64,000 nucleotides of DNA from assembly GCA_028280285.1 (NCBI GenBank), contig JANQMA010000011.1:58520-122519 (forward strand), given 5' to 3'. The position numbers and the translations under genes are program-made. Below are positions 10,129-17,292 of this stretch, piece after piece; within the stretch, counting starts at the first letter, position 1; each line of letters opens with the position of its first letter. The DNA comes from Candidatus Omnitrophota bacterium (lineage in GTDB: Bacteria > Omnitrophota > Gorgyraeia > Zapsychrales > Zapsychraceae). The notes under the pieces are model-generated. The model made no database searches, had not been told where the DNA came from, and was given only the letters and a program-made list of their open reading frames with translations.

Positions 10129-12038
10129 TTCACATGTACTGTATTATATTTCTCAGCATTCTTGAAAAAAGATTCATATTCCTCAGCACCGCCAGAACTA
10201 TATCTTTCCGGTGGTAAAATATAATCACCGGCCGGAGCTCTTAAAAAATTATCAATAATCTCAATCGCTTCATCCGCATTAGTATAACCTTGCAAATTTT
10301 TATCAAATGTTTTTAAAGCATTTGGCCGCACCCTTTGATCACCGATGCGATATAGACCCAATGTCGGGATTTTGGAAAAAATAGATTCAAAGTAAGCCGT
10401 ACTTGCTATATCACATATGACATAATCGGCTTTTACCAACCATTCCTTTAATTTTTTTTCAGAATACAGAATATTTTTTGCTTTAGAATCCTCGATAACT
10501 TGCCCCATATAATCAAATCCTTGCCCCTGATTAATCAATCCCTTCCAAACAAAATCAAACTGTGGATTGTTTTGAAAATACTGAATGAATTTTTTATGAA
10601 GACTTATGTACTCCATAGGAAAAGATTGACATAATTCTACAGGACGGCTTGGCCATAAAGCATCCATAACAGGCACAAATAAAACCATTTTATTTTTATT
10701 AGCTGTTTTTTGTTTACGCTTCTCTATAATTTCACCATAAGATTGTTGAAAGTAAGAATATGAATAAAATTTGGTCGAAACGCCAGGCCATTGCCGGGCC
10801 AAAGTTGTTTCATGTTCAGCCTCTTGATCGGTCATCGTATAATAATAATCAAAAATCTTCTCCAGAAACATAAGCCTCGATGGTGAATCAGACACATCAC
10901 ACCCATGGGAAAGTCCTATCTTTTTACATGTTGTTATCCTCCTCGCCGCATCCAAAGCCCCGAGCGCTTCAGGAGTATACAAAACATGTACAGCAACAGC
11001 ATTTATTTTGAATTGAGTGAGGATCTGCTCAAAAACCTTGGAACTCTTAATTATCTCTGGAACATAAAATAATAAACACTTTTTTAAACGCGACATTATT
11101 AAAGGTGTAACCTGCGCTCCTGCATGATCATCAATCCAATCCAAAATTTTCGCATCAGATAATTTTTGCTCAACAGAGGCCCATTGAGGAAGATTGAGCT
11201 TTTGACCGGCATTTAAAGCGTCAACATTTTCAACAATATCACCGGTTTCCGCGTTAATCATCTTTCGTCTACTCAACCAATACACACTAATATTTTTTTT
11301 AAGAAGGCTGCGCGTCATATCCAAAATATAAGGACTTTGGGTTAAGAATAATACACGCCCATCAAAATCTGAATTTTGTTTAGAAGCCGCATTGGTTTTT
11401 AATTGAAAATTTTGGAAAAACTCTGAAAAAGAAAATTTAAACGGAAGAGGTTTTAAAATTTTGTTAATACTCTCTTTAAATAAAACAAATTTTGATCTGT
11501 AGCCGTGAGCGTTATTTACTATTTTATTTATGACTTGGACTCTTTCAAATTCAATACCCAACTGCTTGGCCACGACGCCACAAACTCTCGAATATGTACT
11601 CTCCGCTCCTCGAAAGGCTAAAAAACAATCAAATTCATCATTTGCATACTTTTGACTACAAAAAATAATACGTGTGGGATTTGCCGTATTACAAAATTTT
11701 TTTAAAATTTTTGTCGTTAAAATAATATTATCAACCAAATATTTAAGATGATGAAAATACAGCGAGGCCACGTTCATTTCCAAACGCTTGGCTTCATCAA
11801 AAATATCTTGCACAACATAATCGAAATCACTTAACCATTTTAACTGTTCAGATAAATACGCCTTTGTGTCACCACGCATTTCTCCTGAAGAGTAGTAATC
11901 TTCTAAAGCCTCAAAATCAATTCCACATTGCTCTAAACAATAGTAAACCTGCTGATTTAGAGCGACAACCTTAAAAGAGCTCTTATCTTCCGGAAAAACA
12001 ATGTCTTTTGAAAAATCTTCTATTAAATAATAAATCAT
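10119..12038 (-). CDS. Large TagF-like (CDP-alcohol phosphotransferase / capsule-synthesis GT-B family) putative transferase
   Basis: 639 aa. C-terminal motif ADYVICDIASTAYFESIF resembles the TagF D-x-L-I-T-D-Y-S-S-x-x-F-D active-site motif. A paralogue lies at 31620..33527. Confidence 0.4.
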   Translation of the reverse strand: MIYYLIEDFSKDIVFPEDKSSFKVVALNQQVYYCLEQCGIDFEALEDYYSSGEMRGDTKAYLSEQLKWLSDFDYVVQDIFDEAKRLEMNVASLYFHHLKYLVDNIILTTKILKKFCNTANPTRIIFCSQKYANDEFDCFLAFRGAESTYSRVCGVVAKQLGIEFERVQVINKIVNNAHGYRSKFVLFKESINKILKPLPFKFSFSEFFQNFQLKTNAASKQNSDFDGRVLFLTQSPYILDMTRSLLKKNISVYWLSRRKMINAETGDIVENVDALNAGQKLNLPQWASVEQKLSDAKILDWIDDHAGAQVTPLIMSRLKKCLLFYVPEIIKSSKVFEQILTQFKINAVAVHVLYTPEALGALDAARRITTCKKIGLSHGCDVSDSPSRLMFLEKIFDYYYTMTDQEAEHETTLARQWPGVSTKFYSYSYFQQSYGEIIEKRKQKTANKNKMVLFVPVMDALWPSRPVELCQSFPMEYISLHKKFIQYFQNNPQFDFVWKGLINQGQGFDYMGQVIEDSKAKNILYSEKKLKEWLVKADYVICDIASTAYFESIFSKIPTLGLYRIGDQRVRPNALKTFDKNLQGYTNADEAIEIIDNFLRAPAGDYILPPERYSSGGAEEYESFFKNAEKYNTVHVKCE

Positions 12039-12077
12039 TACCGAAACTTATATGATGTGCATCTATTGAATTAATAT

Positions 12078-13067
12078 TTATACTCTAATAAAGCACTCCT
12101 GAGCATTCTGTTCGTATTGATCCACAAGCCGCTTCACAATATTTTTACCTTCCTCAGATGCTAAGCTGCTAATCACATCCCATTTTTTCTTCCTGTCCGC
12201 TTCATCGATGACACGCGGACATTTTTCCCGTTTCATAATACTCAAAGTATCTTTTGAAAATTTTGTGCCAATCACATCGGAGCAATGACCCAAAACCTTC
12301 TCTGTATCTTCAGCTAATTGTTCAAATATGATTGTCGTAATTTGGTTTTTATGACTTTTATCCAACGCATCATACGCTTTGTTATGCTGATCATCGATAT
12401 AATCAATCATAAAGATAATACGATCCATCGGTTCTAAACTCATAAACTTTTCAGCCCATGGAAGCGCATAATAGGGCACTACCCCCCATTCGGTTTGTAT
12501 CGTTGTTGCCCCCATACGAGGGCTTTCATAAACATCCTCTCCATAGTTTTTTGTATGCCAAGAATATATAATGTCAACAGGGTGGCGAATGATATTAAAC
12601 ATTTTTACTTTAGGAAAGGCTTTAAAATACGTTTGATTTTGCCATACGCCATTATGAATCATATAAACATTTATAGGATTAACATTTTTAATCCGTTCAT
12701 ACACCTCCACCCCTTCTTTGGTATATAATCGACGGACATACTCCTGAGGATCTCTATAGCTCCAGGCTCCTGTATAATCTCCGGGACGAAAATTAACATT
12801 GCGCCCTAAAAAACTATCATAAAGCGCTAAATTAACATGATACCGAGCAAGATATGCCGCTGACTCATGATCCATATACCCGATCGTACTCAGTATGGCC
12901 ACCTGCTCTAGAATTGCACTGTGCACAATGTTTTCTGCACGCTCTAAACTACATATTAATGGGCACAGAAGTGTTTTTCCTGATCTAGTAAAGCCGGTGA
13001 CAAAAACTAAATTATCGGAGACAATAGATTTAAATAATTTTTGTGAATTCACATATATTCCTTCCAC
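12078..13067 (-). CDS. PAPS-sulfotransferase-fold protein
   Basis: 329 aa. 5'-PSB loop FVTGFTRSGKT and 3'-PB motif RHPVDIIYSW match sulfotransferase nucleotide-binding signatures. GTG start. Confidence 0.65.
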   Translation of the reverse strand: MEGIYVNSQKLFKSIVSDNLVFVTGFTRSGKTLLCPLICSLERAENIVHSAILEQVAILSTIGYMDHESAAYLARYHVNLALYDSFLGRNVNFRPGDYTGAWSYRDPQEYVRRLYTKEGVEVYERIKNVNPINVYMIHNGVWQNQTYFKAFPKVKMFNIIRHPVDIIYSWHTKNYGEDVYESPRMGATTIQTEWGVVPYYALPWAEKFMSLEPMDRIIFMIDYIDDQHNKAYDALDKSHKNQITTIIFEQLAEDTEKVLGHCSDVIGTKFSKDTLSIMKREKCPRVIDEADRKKKWDVISSLASEEGKNIVKRLVDQYEQNAQECFIRV

Positions 13068-13076
13068 ATGCCCTCT

Positions 13077-13625
13077 TTATTTCTGTAATACTCCTTTTTG
13101 AGATAAAAATGCTTTAATTTTTTGAAGACTATCTTCAACAGACTCCTTATAAGGATGCACTATAACATCAGGAGTTCTAGGCCTCTCATATGGCAAATCC
13201 ACACCTAATAGTTGTGGGTTATCTTTCGGCATAGTTGTAGCGTAAACTTTTTTAGGATCATTGTTAATGCAATCAGCAATATCCGCATCTAAAAATATTT
13301 GTATATAATTTTCCCATTTCCGTCTTAAAAAATCTCTGACAATATATTGTCCGGCAATATTAGCCACAATGACATCTATTCCGTTTTTTGCAAGCAAGCT
13401 TGCAGCAAATGCAATATTTTTTGTTACGGCGAAACGTTCTTCTAAACCATATCCAAATTTCTGCTCATAAAAATCTCTTACAGTATCTCCATCAATTAAT
13501 TCTACAGGATGGCGGTCGCACTGCTGAAGTTCCTTTTTTAAAGCTAAACCTAATGTGGTCTTACCAGAACCTGATACGCCTGTTAACAAAATAATAAAAC
13601 CAGAACGCTCTTTAACTTTTAACAT
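13077..13625 (-). CDS. Adenylylsulfate (APS) kinase homologue; candidate CDP-phosphoramidate 3'-kinase (Cj1415-like)
   Basis: 182 aa. P-loop LLTGVSGSGKTTLG and CysC-like length. Confidence 0.8.
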   Translation of the reverse strand: MLKVKERSGFIILLTGVSGSGKTTLGLALKKELQQCDRHPVELIDGDTVRDFYEQKFGYGLEERFAVTKNIAFAASLLAKNGIDVIVANIAGQYIVRDFLRRKWENYIQIFLDADIADCINNDPKKVYATTMPKDNPQLLGVDLPYERPRTPDVIVHPYKESVEDSLQKIKAFLSQKGVLQK

Positions 13626-13631
13626 AATTGT

Positions 13632-14564
13632 TTAATCTTTTTTCTGAGCACACACAATAGCTGTTTTTGCTAAACAGCACAAAAATCCGAGAAAGGATAC
13701 CTTAGTAATTTTGTTAAAAAACCCGTCAACATTGCGGTTCAACGTAAAATTATTTACCTTTTCAGAAATACAATAGTAAGCACCATCGCATGACACCATT
13801 TGAAACAATGCATTTTTTAAAACTTTCCTTAATCTCATATAAGAATAAAGTCTCTTTTTAAGCGTATAAGATTTTTTCGTAATTCCTTTTGTCATAAACG
13901 GCAAGTTAAAAAAAGAAGTATTACGAAAACGTCCGAATATAATGCCCAATCTAGAATCACATAAAATTGATTTAAACGCCGGAAATAGCTCGTTTTCTTC
14001 ATAACAAATAAAATAAACACCCGAACGTATAAACTCTCTAAAAGAATTAAATGCCAGCCCCATCCCGCTACAATTACGCTGGGCTAATAGAATACGGCCT
14101 CCCTTTTTTAAAACACGTCGAGCTTCTGTCAGGCAAAAATTAATATCATAAACATACTGTAAAACACCTACCGCTATGACCACATCAAATGATTCATCTT
14201 CATAAGGCAACCTTTCATCTAAGTTTCCACATCGGAAATCAAATAAATCTTCTGAAACAACATTTTTGCAACGCTGTTTTGCACACACAAGTAACTTTTC
14301 ACTAACATCAAGTCCAGAGACTTTATATCCCAGCTCACATAATTTAGCAGCAGTATGCCCTGCCCCACAGCCGAGTTCAAGTACACGCGAACCTTGAGGA
14401 AGGTTAAACTTTTGTACATGATTAATAACTTTTTGTTGGCGTGAATTAACATAATAAGCAACATGTTGATCGGAAGAATCATAATGCTTATCCCACGCCA
14501 AAATATTTTCGGTATTCCACCACCCTTTCACATTTTCCATTTGAACATCTCGATCAATTGCCAT
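13632..14564 (-). CDS. Class I SAM-dependent methyltransferase
   Basis: 310 aa. VLELGCGAGHTAAKL SAM-binding motif. Confidence 0.65.
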   Translation of the reverse strand: MAIDRDVQMENVKGWWNTENILAWDKHYDSSDQHVAYYVNSRQQKVINHVQKFNLPQGSRVLELGCGAGHTAAKLCELGYKVSGLDVSEKLLVCAKQRCKNVVSEDLFDFRCGNLDERLPYEDESFDVVIAVGVLQYVYDINFCLTEARRVLKKGGRILLAQRNCSGMGLAFNSFREFIRSGVYFICYEENELFPAFKSILCDSRLGIIFGRFRNTSFFNLPFMTKGITKKSYTLKKRLYSYMRLRKVLKNALFQMVSCDGAYYCISEKVNNFTLNRNVDGFFNKITKVSFLGFLCCLAKTAIVCAQKKD

Positions 14565-14579
14565 TCTAACCCCTTCATC

Positions 14580-15872
14580 TTAAGTATAATTTTGTTTACC
14601 CTTTCCCGGAAAAATTTTTAATTTTAATAATCTAGGTACATGTAAAATGCGGACAAAAAATGCATAAACATAAGCTGCAATGGCTGTAAAACGTGGAGGA
14701 GCAATCATCGCCCGACGGGTTCCTGTATTCATAAGCGTTAAATAGAGTGTTATTTTCTCAACATCATCAAAATATTTTTTTTGATAATCATAATCAAAAA
14801 AAAATTTTTTATCTAATTGCGTCAAATCCAGCACAACATCCTTTGTAGATTCAATCAATTCAATCAGCGCTTTGGTTTCTTTCTTAATCAAATCAATTTC
14901 ATCATCCCGCAGCCACTTATTATATGATTGAAGGAGTCCTTTATTAACGCCCTGTTGTTTACCAGAATGGGAATTACCATGCCAATCAACGCCGCCTATT
15001 GTCGGATTAATTAAAGTGTCATCATAATCAATACCGACGCATTTAGATAACATCTGCATAGATTCAACAACATTTTTAACCAGGTAGTCATAACTCAAAA
15101 CAATAAACCTTTGATCACACCCGTATTTTTCCTGCAATAATACTAACCGGGTAACCGCCACCTTCCACGCGCGGATTAACGCCTTTAAATCATAATTGTT
15201 AAAACTCTTGATAAAATTATTAGGAAAAGGCGGATAGGAAAACCTCCGTGATCCATAATACCGTTTAACCAGTCGTGATTTTTCAGAAGCAATAAGGCCG
15301 AGTGGATTTCTGAGCGAATGCATAAAAACCGAACCGGAAAATTCTTGAAAAAAATCTTCAATATTGGTCAAATAAAGCCCCGCACTGGCATGCATCACCA
15401 CATACCCGGCCTCTTTACCGTGGGCCCCATTATCCCATGCCTCAAAATAGGCCTTATGCCGCGCGTCATAATACCCGGCGACAGAACCGGCATCTTTGGC
15501 ATAATCAACAACGAGATCTTTAAATTGATCAAAACTAAAATCGGTTTTAACCGCACCGTAATATTGCTTCTCTAAATAATTTTGCCTTACCCCGATTTTA
15601 TCACCCTGTTCTTTACCATATTTTAAAATGACATCCGGTTTTTCTTCAGGGATACCTAATAATGAAAATAACGATTCCTGATTAAAATCATCCCGTTTAG
15701 GAACCGTCATGGGTATTCCCAAATGATTTTCAAAACGCTTATAAAATTTATCAGAAAAAGGAAACCCTACTTCCACAGGATAACTGGCTATTTGTGGATG
15801 CCCATCAAATAAACGTGCTAACAAAGATCCGCCGCTCCTTTGCACACCCCCGATAAAAATGGTCTTATACAT
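14580..15872 (-). CDS. PAPS-sulfotransferase-fold protein
   Basis: ORF 14580..15890 starts at TTG. The in-frame ATG at 15872 gives MYKTIFIGGVQRSGGS (5'-PSB loop). A 3'-PB-like motif LRNPLGLIAS is present. It abuts the stop of the upstream cytidylyltransferase gene. Confidence 0.6.
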   Translation of the reverse strand: MYKTIFIGGVQRSGGSLLARLFDGHPQIASYPVEVGFPFSDKFYKRFENHLGIPMTVPKRDDFNQESLFSLLGIPEEKPDVILKYGKEQGDKIGVRQNYLEKQYYGAVKTDFSFDQFKDLVVDYAKDAGSVAGYYDARHKAYFEAWDNGAHGKEAGYVVMHASAGLYLTNIEDFFQEFSGSVFMHSLRNPLGLIASEKSRLVKRYYGSRRFSYPPFPNNFIKSFNNYDLKALIRAWKVAVTRLVLLQEKYGCDQRFIVLSYDYLVKNVVESMQMLSKCVGIDYDDTLINPTIGGVDWHGNSHSGKQQGVNKGLLQSYNKWLRDDEIDLIKKETKALIELIESTKDVVLDLTQLDKKFFFDYDYQKKYFDDVEKITLYLTLMNTGTRRAMIAPPRFTAIAAYVYAFFVRILHVPRLLKLKIFPGKGKQNYT

Positions 15873-15874
15873 GA

Positions 15875-16639
15875 TTATTCCCATCTCCAATCATGTATCC
15901 AGGGCGAATCACCAACAGCCACCAACTGTTGTTGATATAACTGCAAATCATTGACATTATCTGCTTCACACCAACGGCCATCAACACCGACCGTCTCAAT
16001 CCTTCCCTGAACCATCAAAACTTTATTTAATAATGCCGTCATATCTAATTTATCTAAATCCTCTGAAGACATTGTTTGAGTTATAGCATCAACACCCGCC
16101 CAACCTGCGGGAGTGAATTTTAGCAGTCCCATGTATTGGCCTTGAATATCGTCAACCGAACGCGGAGTCTGGCCAATTTCCGTCAACAGTCCATCATCAT
16201 CAACCTTGAACGTTTCCGCATCAGACAAAGGATCTTCAAAACGTAAACGCCACAACTTTTCCCATAAGCGGTCGTAGCTAATAACGATATCCCCCTTTGC
16301 CTGTTTAATACTTTCAATAATTTTAGGGTGATAAACTATATCCGCGTAGGAAACAATGCAGTCTTCATTCATTAAATAAGAACCGGCGCAAAACAAAGAT
16401 TGCACCATATTAGTCTGTTCCCATCTTTCGTTAACCAAAACCTCACAACCGCTGTCAACTAACATATCTTTACGGTATCCGCCAACGACAACCACGTCAT
16501 CCAACCCGGCATCCTTTAACGCGCTTATTTGCCAAGACAATAAACTTCGATCAACAAGCTTGGCTAAACACTTGGGCTTGTCTGCTGTTTCATCCCCCAT
16601 CCGGGATCCCCGTCCCGCCGCTAAAATAATGGCCTTCAT
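15875..16639 (-). CDS. Sugar/phospho-nucleotidyltransferase (candidate CTP:phosphoramidate cytidylyltransferase, Cj1416-like)
   Basis: Internal ATG gives MKAIILAAGRGSRMGDETADKPK. ATGA overlap with the upstream stop. ~254 aa. Confidence 0.75.
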   Translation of the reverse strand: MKAIILAAGRGSRMGDETADKPKCLAKLVDRSLLSWQISALKDAGLDDVVVVGGYRKDMLVDSGCEVLVNERWEQTNMVQSLFCAGSYLMNEDCIVSYADIVYHPKIIESIKQAKGDIVISYDRLWEKLWRLRFEDPLSDAETFKVDDDGLLTEIGQTPRSVDDIQGQYMGLLKFTPAGWAGVDAITQTMSSEDLDKLDMTALLNKVLMVQGRIETVGVDGRWCEADNVNDLQLYQQQLVAVGDSPWIHDWRWE

Positions 16640-17292
16640 GAGCAACTCATCTTTTCTTTAAAAATTTTGTGGAATAACCGCTGATCACAGGTTTGAAAAG
16701 GGTTATTGCGTTCCGGATGCCACATCGTCGCAAAGATTGGTAATCCCTTTACACCCATGGCCTCAACAATTTCATCTGAAGTTTGTGCCACAACATCCAA
16801 CTGCTTATCGACATCAGATGCTTTAAAACCAAAATGATGGTAGGAGTTCACCCTTATACTTTCAGATTCAAAACATGATTGAAAAGCACCGGGCGTTATA
16901 TCAACCTCGTGTTCTTTGGCGACATGCACATCCGCGTCACATTGGCTTAACTTTCCGCCAAAATAAACATGTAAGAGCTGCAAACCTCGGCAAATACCAT
17001 ATAAAGGCAACTTATTTTCAATGGCGAACTTCAATAATGTTTTCTCTGTTGCGTCACGTACTGGAGAATCTCCCACGCTATCTCCACCGGTTAAAATGAA
17101 CCCGTTTAACGCGTGTGCATTCACATAATCAAGAACCGGCTCTCCAAGATTAGGAATTAAAACCCACTTTTCCCCCTCTAATAAAAAATCAAGGCACGCG
17201 TACCAATCCCGCGCTAAAGCATCTCTTGGTTCGTTATATCCCTCCGCGTTAGATGTTCTTAGCGTAACGCCTATACGTAATTCTTTATTCAT
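16636..17292 (-). CDS. Class I glutamine amidotransferase / gamma-glutamyl hydrolase (Cj1417-like)
   Basis: 218 aa. GATase1 nucleophile elbow LPLYGICRGLQLL, and HPE near the C-terminus. Confidence 0.75.
   Translation of the reverse strand: MNKELRIGVTLRTSNAEGYNEPRDALARDWYACLDFLLEGEKWVLIPNLGEPVLDYVNAHALNGFILTGGDSVGDSPVRDATEKTLLKFAIENKLPLYGICRGLQLLHVYFGGKLSQCDADVHVAKEHEVDITPGAFQSCFESESIRVNSYHHFGFKASDVDKQLDVVAQTSDEIVEAMGVKGLPIFATMWHPERNNPFQTCDQRLFHKIFKEKMSCS

Noticed and set aside
13077-13625. Interpreting the APS-kinase homologue together with the sulfotransferase-like genes as a complete sulfation module.
   Set aside because: No sulfate adenylyltransferase (sat/cysDN) or PAPS-recycling phosphatase is present in the window. 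The adjacent Cj1416-1418-like cassette makes the CDP-phosphoramidate-kinase reading at least as likely. Both alternatives are kept in the findings rather than asserting sulfation.
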